NCBI GenBank assembly: GCA_963422265.1
Contig: OY729416.1
Location: 1,192,196 to 1,256,195, forward strand
Direction of reading: 5' to 3'
Length of the DNA: 64,000 bases
From: Thermodesulfobacteriota bacterium
GTDB taxonomy: Bacteria > Desulfobacterota_D > UBA1144 > Nemesobacterales > UBA2774
The notes under the pieces are model-generated. The model did no database searches. It was not told the origin of the DNA and was given only the letters and a program-made list of their open reading frames with translations. The translations under genes were made by a program, and so were the position numbers. Shown here piece by piece: positions 34,500 through 43,685 of this stretch. How positions within the stretch are numbered: the stretch's first letter is position 1; every line of letters starts with the position of its first letter.

Positions 34500-35225
34500 T
34501 TGAAAGTTCGGCTTAATAGATACCTCTCAATGTGTGGGGTCGCTTCGAGGAGGAAAGCGGATTCTTTTATCGCCGCGGGAAAAATCACGATAAACGATCA
34601 TACTGAAAATAATCTTGGTAACGTTATAGATATTGAAAAGGACGTAGTTCGGCTTGAGGGTAGGATAATAACACCCGAGAGCAAGCGCTATCTGATTCTT
34701 AATAAGCCTAGCCTGTATCTGACGTCACTGGGGAAAGAGGGAAACAAGAAAACGGTGCGGGAATTGATTGCGGAAGTTCCTGAGAGAGTATATCCTGTTG
34801 GCAGACTAGACTATGACGTTGAGGGCTTACTAATCTTGACCAATGACGGGGAGCTTGCTAATAAGATTCTGCATCCAAGCTATGAGGTAACTAAGGTCTA
34901 TAGAGCTAATATAATAGGAAGCGTATCGGATGGGACTATCGCACAAATGAAAAAGGGCATCGAGCTTAGGGATGGACTAGCTAAACCCGACTCAATCAGA
35001 ATAAAGAAACGAAGTAAAGACTCGAGCATAGCTCTAGTATCATTTCACGAGGGCAGAAATCATCTAGTTAAAAGGTTTTTTGCAAAGTTCGGGCACCCAG
35101 TGGCTAAGCTCAAGAGGGTTTCCGTGGGTCCTATAAGGCTTGGTAATCTACCAAGTAGCAAATGGAGGGACCTAAAAGCAAACGAGTTTTGCAGTCTCTC
35201 TCAGGCAGTTGGTATAGAGACGTGA
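34500..35225 (+). CDS. RsuA/RluB-family 16S/23S rRNA pseudouridine synthase (S4 domain plus catalytic domain)
   Basis: MRLNRYLS...GVASRR S4 motif and a catalytic Asp in a GRLD context; 241 aa. Confidence 0.85.
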   Translation: MKVRLNRYLSMCGVASRRKADSFIAAGKITINDHTENNLGNVIDIEKDVVRLEGRIITPESKRYLILNKPSLYLTSLGKEGNKKTVRELIAEVPERVYPVGRLDYDVEGLLILTNDGELANKILHPSYEVTKVYRANIIGSVSDGTIAQMKKGIELRDGLAKPDSIRIKKRSKDSSIALVSFHEGRNHLVKRFFAKFGHPVAKLKRVSVGPIRLGNLPSSKWRDLKANEFCSLSQAVGIET

Positions 35226-35397
35226 GGAGTCTCTCTAGTGTCTATTCACCTATATCATATATTAGAGACAAGTAGATGGAATTAACTGCTACATCTACGG
35301 ATTTCCTAAGAGATGCCGATGGCCAACCTTTGGAAAGACTATCTTGCATTAAACACTCCAATACCCTATCCTTATTAAACTGAATTCTATATTAAAT

Positions 35398-35426
35398 AAG
35401 AGACACTGCTATTTAGGCAGTGTCTC
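35398..35426. promoter_or_regulatory. Perfect 11-bp inverted repeat (agagacactgc N7 gcagtgtctct) between the pseudouridine synthase gene and tmk
   Basis: Read directly from the sequence; could be a terminator for the upstream gene or an operator. Confidence 0.25.
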
Positions 35427-35464
35427 TTATACTATCGTCGAGTCAAGTATATAAGTCCCTACTT

Positions 35465-36079
35465 ATGTTCATAACGTTTGAAGGAATAGAAGGAAGCGGA
35501 AAGAGCACGCAGGCAGAACTTCTCAAAGAATTCCTAGCTCAAAGTGGATATAAAGTGAGCCTGACGAGAGAGCCCGGATGGGGCATCTTAGGAAAATCCA
35601 TCAGAAAAATTGCGTTGGATGAAAGAGAGTTAGAGCTAGACCCCTTTTCAGAGCTATGCCTGTTTTGCGCCGATAGGGCACAACACGTGAGGGATTTTAT
35701 AAAGCCAAGGTTAGATAAAAAAGAGATTGTGATTTGTGATAGATTCTTTGATTCTACAGTGGTTTATCAAGGCTATGGAAGGCAGCTTGACATAAGATTT
35801 GTCAATAAGGTTGCGAAGGCCTCTACGCTTGGCACCCTCCCTGATCTCACCTTTTTCTTGAATCTTTCGGTAATAGAGGGTATTTCAAGACTAAAACCAA
35901 GAGGAGAACCCTTTACCAAAATGGAAGAAGAGCCTCTGGAATTCCACGAGTCGATAAAGAAGGGGTATATGCGGATTTCACGTAGAGAACCTAATAGAAT
36001 CAAAAAGATAAATGCCGATAGAGAGGTTCAGGATATACACAAAGAAATAAAAAAACTTGTAGTTGAGCATTTATCGTAA
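35465..36079 (+). CDS. tmk: Thymidylate kinase
   Basis: MFITFEGIEGSGKST P-loop and DR(F/Y) motif; start taken at the internal Met. Confidence 0.9.
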   Translation: MFITFEGIEGSGKSTQAELLKEFLAQSGYKVSLTREPGWGILGKSIRKIALDERELELDPFSELCLFCADRAQHVRDFIKPRLDKKEIVICDRFFDSTVVYQGYGRQLDIRFVNKVAKASTLGTLPDLTFFLNLSVIEGISRLKPRGEPFTKMEEEPLEFHESIKKGYMRISRREPNRIKKINADREVQDIHKEIKKLVVEHLS

Positions 36080-36093
36080 GGGAAAAGCCCTAA

Positions 36094-37176
36094 ATGTTTG
36101 AAGGCATAATTGGTCACGAGTTTCAAAAGGAAGTTCTAAAACGAGCGGTGAAGGAAGGTGCTATCGCTCACGCCTATTTATTCTCGGGTCCCGATGGAAT
36201 TGGGAAAAAGCTTGTGGCAACTCAATTTGCAAAACTCTTAAACTGTCAGGCAACCGATTCTTATGGACAGCGACCTCCAGCAAGTTCCCTTCCGCAAGTC
36301 GACCGTGAGCAGAGCCAAACCACTCAGGACAGCGCAGCTCAACACTCAAGCCAGGGATGTACTTGTAATTCTTGTTCCAAAATTGATAAAGGGATTCACC
36401 CTGACGTAGTGTTTGTCGAGTTTGAAGGCATCAAGAATATTAAGGTTGAGCAGATAAGAGAAACCGTTGAGAGTAGGCTTTTTCTTAAACCCTTTGAGGG
36501 AAAATTCAAAATTGTGGTGGTGGACGAATCAGAAAGGATGAGCATAGGTGCGCAAAACGCCTTCTTAAAAACGCTTGAAGAACCTCCTTCCTATTCAGTA
36601 ATAATTTTAATTACCTCGCAACCAAACTCCCTTCTTCCAACTATTCGCTCAAGATGTCAAATCCTCAGGTTCAACCCGCTACCTAAGGAAACAGTTCTAC
36701 AACTGCTATTAAAAAATACCAAAACGTCGCCTGCAAGTTCAGCTATCGCCTCAAAACTTTCTGAAGGCAGCTTGGGACAAGCTCTTAGAATGGACAACGA
36801 AAATATCGAATTGAGGAAAGAAATTATCTTGAAGCTGATTGATCTTAGCCCTAATTCGGCTTTGCATATTCTCGACTTGGTAGAGGCATTACCTCTAAGC
36901 TCTACCCCTGAAGACTCTGAAAATCTAAAACTCGCCTTTAAGTTTATTTCTCTATGGTTACGTGATCTGGCTCTACTAAAAATCGGCTTTGACGATGAAA
37001 TGCTTACTAATACGGACGTTGCTAAGGAATGTCGGAAAACCGCCATGAAATGGAACGTTAATAATGTATTGGATAAATACAAACTGGTTGAAAGAACTTG
37101 GTATGATATATTCCGCACCAACGCTAATAAGCAGCTAGCATTAGAAAACCTTTTTATAAAATTGGGGCAGCACTAA
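36094..37176 (+). CDS. holB: DNA polymerase III subunit delta-prime, carrying a roughly 37-aa low-complexity insertion before the zinc module
   Basis: AAA+ clamp-loader fold (HAYLFSGPDGIGK, SRC motif RSRCQ); Cys4 module CTCNSCSKIDKGIHPD. Confidence 0.8.
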   Translation: MFEGIIGHEFQKEVLKRAVKEGAIAHAYLFSGPDGIGKKLVATQFAKLLNCQATDSYGQRPPASSLPQVDREQSQTTQDSAAQHSSQGCTCNSCSKIDKGIHPDVVFVEFEGIKNIKVEQIRETVESRLFLKPFEGKFKIVVVDESERMSIGAQNAFLKTLEEPPSYSVIILITSQPNSLLPTIRSRCQILRFNPLPKETVLQLLLKNTKTSPASSAIASKLSEGSLGQALRMDNENIELRKEIILKLIDLSPNSALHILDLVEALPLSSTPEDSENLKLAFKFISLWLRDLALLKIGFDDEMLTNTDVAKECRKTAMKWNVNNVLDKYKLVERTWYDIFRTNANKQLALENLFIKLGQH

Positions 37177-37225
37177 ACTACATCTTTTATCTAATATAAA
37201 CTGGAGCTAAGCGGAGATTAAACAA

Positions 37226-38767
37226 GTGCCTAAAACCTTTTACGTTACTACGCCGATCTATTACGTTAATGACGTGCCTCATATAGGACACGCTTATACC
37301 ACTATTGCTGCGGACGCTATCGCCAGGTTCAGAAGGCTCGCTGGTAATGAGGTCTTTTTCCTCACCGGCAGCGACGAGCACGGGCAAAAAATCGAGATGA
37401 CGGCTAAAGCGAATGGTGAGAAGCCCATAGAGCTTGCGAATAGGGTAGTAAAAAGATTTCATGACCTCTCCGGCGCCTTAAACGTTACCAATGACGATTT
37501 TATTAGAACTACCCAGAGAAGGCATCAAGACTCCGTTGTAGAAATATTTAAGAGAATACAAAAAGCGGGAGATATTTACCTGAGTGAGTATGAGGGTTGG
37601 TATGACGTTAGGAACGAAGCATTCATAACCGAAACGCAATATGAAGAAGTAATGGCTCTACCAGAATCTAAACGTCCCAATATTGAAAAGGTAAAAGAAG
37701 AGAGCTACTTCTTCAGACTTTCCGAATACCAGGAGCGACTTCTTAATCATTATGAAAAGCACTCCGAGTTCGTGCAGCCAAGCTACAGGATGAACGAGGT
37801 TGTGCGTTTTGTAGAGAGTGGATTGAAGGACCTCAGCATAAGTAGAACCACGTTTAGCTGGGGTATACCCGTTCCAGAAAACCCACGCCACGTGATCTAC
37901 GTGTGGTTTGATGCTCTTGCAAACTATCTAACTGGCGCTGGTTTTCCAAATAATAAAACAACTTTTAATGAAATATACCCAGCAGACGTTCACCTAGTAG
38001 GTAAAGATATACTGAGATTCCACGCCGTGTATTGGCCGGCTTTTCTTATGTCGGCACAGCTACCACTCCCTAAAACGGTATTCGCCCATGGGTGGTGGAC
38101 CGTTGAAGGAGAAAAAATGTCAAAATCCTTGGGTAACGTAGTAGATCCATATGAAATGGTGGAACGGTTCGGATCGGATATATTCAGATATTTCCTGCTC
38201 CGAGAAATTCCTTTCGGACAAGATGGTGATTTCTCAAAAAGCGCTATTGTAGCAAGGGTAAACGGTGATCTTGCAAACGGCTTGGGCAACCTTATCAGCC
38301 GAGTGCTTAGTATGATTAAAAAGTATTGTAACAGCCGCGTTCCCGCCCCTTCCGCATTGAATGACATAGACCTGAAAGTCAGGGATAGTGGCTTTTCAGC
38401 AGTAGATCGTGTAGGTGATTCAATGAGCGAAATCGCCTTTCATAAGGCTTTAACGGCTATTTGGGATTTAATTGCCCATGTAAATAAATACGTTGATGAA
38501 CAAGCTCCATGGACGCTCGCAAAAGAAAATAAAGAAGAAAGATTGAATACCGTTCTCTGGACGATTATTCAATCTATAGGCGTGATTTCAATACTGCTGT
38601 CTCCTTTTATGCCAAAAGCGTCAGAAGAAATACTGAGAAGGATAGGCTTCACTGACCCGACGTCTTACCTAAAGTTGTCAAAAGCGCGTGAATGGGGATT
38701 GATAACATCAGGCTCTAAAATTGATAAGGGAAAGAACCTGTTCCCACGACATGAAGAGGATCTGTAG
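37226..38767 (+). CDS. metG: Methionine--tRNA ligase (short form, no C-terminal tRNA-binding domain), GTG start
   Basis: HIGH (HIGHAYT) and KMSKS motifs; 513 aa. Confidence 0.93.
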   Translation: MPKTFYVTTPIYYVNDVPHIGHAYTTIAADAIARFRRLAGNEVFFLTGSDEHGQKIEMTAKANGEKPIELANRVVKRFHDLSGALNVTNDDFIRTTQRRHQDSVVEIFKRIQKAGDIYLSEYEGWYDVRNEAFITETQYEEVMALPESKRPNIEKVKEESYFFRLSEYQERLLNHYEKHSEFVQPSYRMNEVVRFVESGLKDLSISRTTFSWGIPVPENPRHVIYVWFDALANYLTGAGFPNNKTTFNEIYPADVHLVGKDILRFHAVYWPAFLMSAQLPLPKTVFAHGWWTVEGEKMSKSLGNVVDPYEMVERFGSDIFRYFLLREIPFGQDGDFSKSAIVARVNGDLANGLGNLISRVLSMIKKYCNSRVPAPSALNDIDLKVRDSGFSAVDRVGDSMSEIAFHKALTAIWDLIAHVNKYVDEQAPWTLAKENKEERLNTVLWTIIQSIGVISILLSPFMPKASEEILRRIGFTDPTSYLKLSKAREWGLITSGSKIDKGKNLFPRHEEDL

Positions 38768-38840
38768 ATAGGTGCAGCTTCGTTAAGGACTACTCTTTCC
38801 AAAAAATTCAACTCGCCCGCACGGGAGGGTGTGCTTTTTA

Positions 38841-39206
38841 TTAACCATAAAGTTTCCTGATACGGCTTCTGTTTTCCAAATCCTTATCACCCTTAAAATA
38901 TATTTCTACGAGTTCAATTCTTCCCTCTCTTCCAAAGTAGGCATAAATTATTCTGAGCCCCGATTGAACCCCTTTCCCTTTTAAGGACTTAGACGTGAAC
39001 TTTCTGACTTTATATATTTCAGTTTCAGTAATTCCTGAATCGCTGATACGCTTTATGCCCTTGTTGTTTTGACCCATAAGATGAAATGGATTTAACTGGT
39101 AATTAATAAAGGTTTGCAGGTCTTCTTCAAGAGTTTTGACTTTTCTTAGCAGCTTTTTAATGTCACTTTTGAACTCCGGTAGCTGTTCAACCCTGATCTT
39201 CTTCAA
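38841..39206 (-). CDS. RelE/ParE-superfamily type II toxin (mRNA-interferase-like)
   Basis: 121 aa; C-terminal GLRIIYAYF...RIELVEIYFKGDKD resembles the RelE/ParE core; overlaps the upstream antitoxin gene by 20 bp. Confidence 0.6.
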   Translation of the reverse strand: MKKIRVEQLPEFKSDIKKLLRKVKTLEEDLQTFINYQLNPFHLMGQNNKGIKRISDSGITETEIYKVRKFTSKSLKGKGVQSGLRIIYAYFGREGRIELVEIYFKGDKDLENRSRIRKLYG

Positions 39207-39978
39207 TATAATTTCTCACTGAGTAGGCGGGAGTTCTGTAAAAAACAGCTTCATAGTCAATTTTCTCTTGATCCTCCGTGCCAAGCCAGGGTATGTCATT
39301 GTGTGAGTATTCGGCGATTTGAGAGGCGTTCATATCCGATAACCTTCCAAGAACGTTATCAATTGTGTTAAGCTCGTTTGCATTTAGGGCTGAAAGATCG
39401 GGGTTACGCAAGGGAAGATATTTTGTCTGGCTGTAACTAAAATGCCTGTTTTTCACTTTGACTACATCTTTGTTTTCTATCATATCTCCTATAATTTTTA
39501 TAAACTCAGCTGGTGTTGGACCAAATTTACTCCTGATGTAATTCGCTCCAACCAACTGTTCTTCGTGCTTCTCGTAGTAGTCAAAGTCAATAAAGTAAAG
39601 CATCTTTTGTATAACGGTTTCACCCACGTTTGGCTTTGCGCCCACTTTGTTGAGAATATACAAAAGCACTTCTTTGAACTTGATGAGATTCTTTTGAGGA
39701 ACGCTTATTCTCAAAGTCTCTTTCTTAGGCTTGGCTTCCCTACTCTTTTTAACAATGATCTCAACGCTTTCCTTATTGTTCACCAGGGCATCAATAGAGC
39801 ATTCAAAAAGCTCAGATAGCTTGTTTATCTCGTCTAATTTCGGCATTCGGACGCCGTTTTCAATATTTGATACAATCTCCCTGCTCGTACCAATAGCCTT
39901 AGCCAATTCTGCTTGGGAAAGTTCGGCACTTTGTCTTAACTGTTTTATCTTTTTGCCTAACTCTTTAGATTGAATCAT
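39187..39978 (-). CDS. HTH-XRE plus DUF4065 (Panacea/SocA-like) domain antitoxin
   Basis: Helix-turn-helix LSQAELAKAIGTSREIVSNIENG; DUF4065-like IQKMLYFIDFDYY...GANYIRSKFGPTP; start taken at the MIQSKELGKK Met (the ORF extends further, to 40092). Confidence 0.7.
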   Translation of the reverse strand: MIQSKELGKKIKQLRQSAELSQAELAKAIGTSREIVSNIENGVRMPKLDEINKLSELFECSIDALVNNKESVEIIVKKSREAKPKKETLRISVPQKNLIKFKEVLLYILNKVGAKPNVGETVIQKMLYFIDFDYYEKHEEQLVGANYIRSKFGPTPAEFIKIIGDMIENKDVVKVKNRHFSYSQTKYLPLRNPDLSALNANELNTIDNVLGRLSDMNASQIAEYSHNDIPWLGTEDQEKIDYEAVFYRTPAYSVRNYIEEDQG

Positions 39979-40176
39979 GGTTAGTGGGTTTGCCAAACTA
40001 TTTTGATATTTATTGTAATTATTGTAATATTTTATTACGAGAGTTGTAAAACTTTGTTGCATTTTTGTATTGTTGATGTGTATGTTATGCACTTAATCTT
40101 ATGTTTGGATCAAACTCCAGATAAGTGAGCAATAACTGATTTTACGTTTGTAGAAAGTGGCTAGAATCTTAGCCGT

Positions 40177-40338
40177 GATACCCAGAAAATCTTACCAAAC
40201 TTAAAAGATATTGGAGACAAGTCTGCCCATAGCCGAAGATTTAACGCTCACAGGCAGGATATTGAAAAATTACTTCCAGATATTCGGGTGTGCACGCAAG
40301 AGCTTATTTATCTTGCAGGTTTTCAAAATGGTCAATAA
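40177..40338 (+). pseudogene. Possible DUF4145-like C-terminal fragment (remnant)
   Basis: LKDIGDKSAHSRRF...IEKLLPDI...ELIYLAGF resembles the (L/I)RN.GNK.AH helix of DUF4145 domains found in RM and Abi proteins; short and unanchored. Confidence 0.25.
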
Positions 40339-40389
40339 ATCTTGCTAATTACCAGACCTTTCTATAAATTGTAAAGTTGTCTAACAATC

Positions 40390-40596
40390 CTAATCAAACC
40401 CCACCACATCCTCCTCAACCCCCAAATAAACCTCATCAATCCTTTCTTGAATCCTGATTGCCTTTTTGATTGCGGTTACAATTTTGCAGTAGTGTTTTAT
40501 ATCGTCTAAAGATAAATGTCTTCTTTTCCTGTACTTTAGCCATTTACTGCAAACCTGATAGCCGCCGATTCGGTATTCATAAACTTCTTGACTCAC
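40390..40596 (-). pseudogene. C-terminal remnant of a large type IIG/ISP-like restriction-modification enzyme
   Basis: YRIGGYQVCSKWLKYRKRRHLSLDDIKHYCKIVTAIKKAIRIQERID matches the conserved C-terminal tail of large SAM-dependent RM fusion enzymes; an in-frame stop lies 3 codons upstream, so only about 68 aa remain. Confidence 0.5.
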
Positions 40597-40627
40597 ACCT
40601 TCAAAATTACGAACACTTCAATTCTAA

Positions 40628-41524
40628 TTGTTTCCTACTTTTGTTAAACAAGGTATCAGTAGTAGGGTTGAACTAGTAGGCAGTATTTGCTATGCTAACA
40701 AGGTAATGAGGCCGGTAGAAACAGAAAAATGTATACGGCAGATTGTCCGTAGCTCCGTTGAGGCGTACGCAGATGGTTTTGAAACTCGCCACGTTAGAGA
40801 AGTAGACGATCTAGACGGAACTATTAACATGAAAATTCATAACGTCTTTATTGCAGCATTAGGTAAGGAGGTCCAATATTATACAGCGCTTGTGCGCTCT
40901 CTTGATAGCTCATTAGGAAATATGTTGGAGAGGATGGCAATAAACATTGCGAAGCTCTTCTATGAAGTAAATAAAAACGTAGAAGGTCCGTTAGCTGTTG
41001 AACAAACGTCAAAAATCGCGGAATTGCTTGAAGGATATAAAAATAGAAATAACCCTTTAGTCTCAAGCATATCTCATTACAAACAAATTAGAGATATAGG
41101 AATCACGTCAGACTCAGCAACGAAAGTCCACGTGAGCGATTACTATTTGATAGACAAAGAAACAAACGAACATTACTTGATTGAATTAAAGATTGGTGGA
41201 GACTTGGACAATAAAAAAGCTCGTTCGGAGAAGGAAGCGATTTTCGAACAGTATGCAATACTCTCAAATAAATTGGGTAAGAATGCAAGTATAAAATGTT
41301 ACTTTGCTACAGCTTATAATAGATTTGGAGAAGGTAAAGAGTGGAAACAATCGAGAGTCTTGCAATTCTTTTCAAAAGATGAACTCCTTATCGGGAAAGA
41401 CTTTTGGAACTTCGTATGCTGTAGTGAAAAGGGTTATGACATTGTGATTGATGAATACAAAGAGTCAGCGCATTTAGTAAAATCAGCATTGCGCAACATC
41501 AAAGAGACGTATTTATATGGATAA
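40628..41524 (+). CDS. Putative type II restriction endonuclease (PD-(D/E)xK)
   Basis: D...ELK motif (VSDYYLIDKETNEHYLIELKIGG); no other domain found; 8-bp overlap with the downstream methyltransferase gene. Confidence 0.45.
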   Translation: MFPTFVKQGISSRVELVGSICYANKVMRPVETEKCIRQIVRSSVEAYADGFETRHVREVDDLDGTINMKIHNVFIAALGKEVQYYTALVRSLDSSLGNMLERMAINIAKLFYEVNKNVEGPLAVEQTSKIAELLEGYKNRNNPLVSSISHYKQIRDIGITSDSATKVHVSDYYLIDKETNEHYLIELKIGGDLDNKKARSEKEAIFEQYAILSNKLGKNASIKCYFATAYNRFGEGKEWKQSRVLQFFSKDELLIGKDFWNFVCCSEKGYDIVIDEYKESAHLVKSALRNIKETYLYG

Positions 41525-42257
41525 AAAATATCAAATTGTAAATGCTGATAGTAAAGAGTACTTAAAGGGGCTACCTAATAACTCTATCGACTTCATTCTA
41601 ACTGATCCCCCTTACAATATAAGTCAATATTCAACTGGCAATATAAAGTTTGGCTGGCGAGCAGACATTAACAACGATCTGGCTGAATGGGATAAAAAGT
41701 TTTCCCCCCTGGATTTTAGAGATGAGTTCTTAAGAGTCTTAAAACCTACAGGGAATATCTTTGCTTTTTGCTCCTATAATATAATTGGCAAATGGCATGA
41801 AGTATTTGATCCTGTTTTCGATACGTTTCAGTTTTTCGTGTGGCATAAAAAGAATCCCGTTCCAAAATTTCGGAAAGCCGGCTTCTTAAATAGCTGTGAA
41901 CTCGTAGTATGTATGTGGAATAAAGGACACACTTGGAACTTTGGCAAACAAAATGAGATGCACAATTTCTTTGAAAGTCCAATCTGCATGGGACCAGAAA
42001 GATTAAAAAAACCGAAGCACCCTACGCAAAAGCCAGTAGGGCTATTAAAACACTTTATCAAAATAGCTTCAAATGAAGACGATACTATATTAGACCCTTT
42101 TATGGGAGTTGGCTCCACTGGCGTTGCCTCTTTAAGAATGAAAAGGAAATTTATAGGAGTAGAAATAGATAAAGAATACTATGATGCTGCTCAAGAAAGA
42201 CTAGATTCCATTCCGACGGATTTGTTTTCAAGAGTGTCTGCTATTGCAAAGACGTGA
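41517..42257 (+). CDS. Beta-class DNA methyltransferase (N6-adenine or N4-cytosine; DPPY motif IV, then FMGVGST motif I)
   Basis: ILTDPPYN near the N-terminus and DPFMGVGSTGVA...FIGVEID at the C-terminus; 246 aa. Confidence 0.85.
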   Translation: MDKKYQIVNADSKEYLKGLPNNSIDFILTDPPYNISQYSTGNIKFGWRADINNDLAEWDKKFSPLDFRDEFLRVLKPTGNIFAFCSYNIIGKWHEVFDPVFDTFQFFVWHKKNPVPKFRKAGFLNSCELVVCMWNKGHTWNFGKQNEMHNFFESPICMGPERLKKPKHPTQKPVGLLKHFIKIASNEDDTILDPFMGVGSTGVASLRMKRKFIGVEIDKEYYDAAQERLDSIPTDLFSRVSAIAKT

Positions 42258-42662
42258 CGTCAAAGGGTTGTTAGTGTGTAACCAACTTTTACAATTCAAT
42301 CAAGCTAGGGCGATAACACCTTTAAATAACCAGTGGACTTTCACCCCACAGGAGGCTTACTTCTTTTTCATTCCTAACAGATTCCGCAAAAAGCTCCCTC
42401 CGTTGCTAGGACTACAGAGTCCTCTTGTTATAATTTGGTATTCAGAAGGTTGGATGTTTTCATTAGGAACGTAGGACTCTCCTTGTTTATAATCATTTTC
42501 AGTATTAGTGGACTCTTGATTTTTATCATTTTCGCTCATTGGCATATTCTCCTTATTTATTGGTTAGTCCCTGTCCATAGATTTTAACACTACCAATCCT
42601 CGATTTTAATGATACAATAGAGTTAGTATTGAAATCTACTTAGTCAACTTCAACGTGGGAGG

Positions 42663-43085
42663 ATGCTAATGAGCCAGCAATCCGTTATCGTCGTCTTTGA
42701 TGATGGACCTTACGTAGTGGAAGGTCTTGAGAGGTTTAGCTACTCGGAGGGAGAGCAGCTTCAGGCAAATAAAAAAACGGCCTTGTGCAGATGTGGGGCA
42801 TCTGAAAACAAACCATACTGTGACGGCGCTCATAAGAAAATTGGGTTCTCTCATAAGATTGAAAAATCCCCGGCGGGCAACGCTAATGAAGATAGCATAA
42901 AAGAGATAAAAGTTTTAAGTAACGGGCCTTATGAAGTATGCGGGGGAATAGGCTTACAGACTAAAGATGAAATGAACTTATCTGAAGATAATCCGTATTA
43001 TCTGTGCAGATGTGGGGCATCTGATAACAAACCGTTCTGCGATGGCTCACATAAAAGAATAAACTTTAAGGATGACGCAAACTGA
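42663..43085 (+). CDS. Tandem CDGSH iron-sulfur domain protein
   Basis: Two CRCGAS-NKP-CDG(A/S)HK motifs, an internal duplication. Confidence 0.85.
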   Translation: MLMSQQSVIVVFDDGPYVVEGLERFSYSEGEQLQANKKTALCRCGASENKPYCDGAHKKIGFSHKIEKSPAGNANEDSIKEIKVLSNGPYEVCGGIGLQTKDEMNLSEDNPYYLCRCGASDNKPFCDGSHKRINFKDDAN

Positions 43086-43103
43086 TAAGCGAGGTTTAAA
43101 ATT

Positions 43104-43658
43104 ATGGCTTTAACACCTTCAAATATGATACCCCTTGGAAGAAAGGCCCCCTACTTTAAGCTGCCTTGCACCGTGAACGATAGGGAAATAAGCCTTGATG
43201 AGGTTAGTTCCGACAAAGCAACCGTTATAATTTTTATTTGCAATCACTGCCCTTATGTAAAGCACGTGCAGAAAGGATTAGTGGAGCTTGCTAATGACTA
43301 TATACCCAAAGGGGTTTCATTCATCGCAATAAACTCTAACGACGTAGAGAATTACCCAGAAGATTCACCGGAGAATATGAAAATCGTAGCCGAGCGCCTA
43401 GGCTACCCATTCCCTTACCTATACGATGAGACGCAGGAAATAGCAAGAGCTTATGACGCCGCGTGCACCCCAGACTTCTATATTTTTGATAGCGCCTTGG
43501 AGTGTATCTACAGGGGACAGATGGACGATTCCAGACCAGGTAATGGAAAACCGGTAACAGGAAAACAAATAAGGGAAGCCTTAGACAACGCTTTAGAAGG
43601 CACACCCGTAAGCAAAAGCCAGATTCCCAGCATTGGATGTAATATAAAGTGGAAATAA
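43104..43658 (+). CDS. Thioredoxin-fold redoxin (AhpC/TSA-like)
   Basis: VIIFICNHCPYV CxxC motif; 184 aa. Confidence 0.75.
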   Translation: MALTPSNMIPLGRKAPYFKLPCTVNDREISLDEVSSDKATVIIFICNHCPYVKHVQKGLVELANDYIPKGVSFIAINSNDVENYPEDSPENMKIVAERLGYPFPYLYDETQEIARAYDAACTPDFYIFDSALECIYRGQMDDSRPGNGKPVTGKQIREALDNALEGTPVSKSQIPSIGCNIKWK

Positions 43659-43685
43659 AGATAGTAGGATCAGTCATTAGAGTAA

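Noticed and set aside
38768-38840. Possible bidirectional terminator between convergent metG and the toxin gene (gcac-gggagg-gtgtgc then TTTTT)
   Set aside because: The stem is only 4-5 bp with mismatches, which is too weak to call.
42357-42545. 62-aa ORF in the 405-bp gap between the methyltransferase and CDGSH genes
   Set aside because: Low-complexity Asn/Glu/Gln-rich translation with no motif. It may be real, but there is no support, so it is not called.
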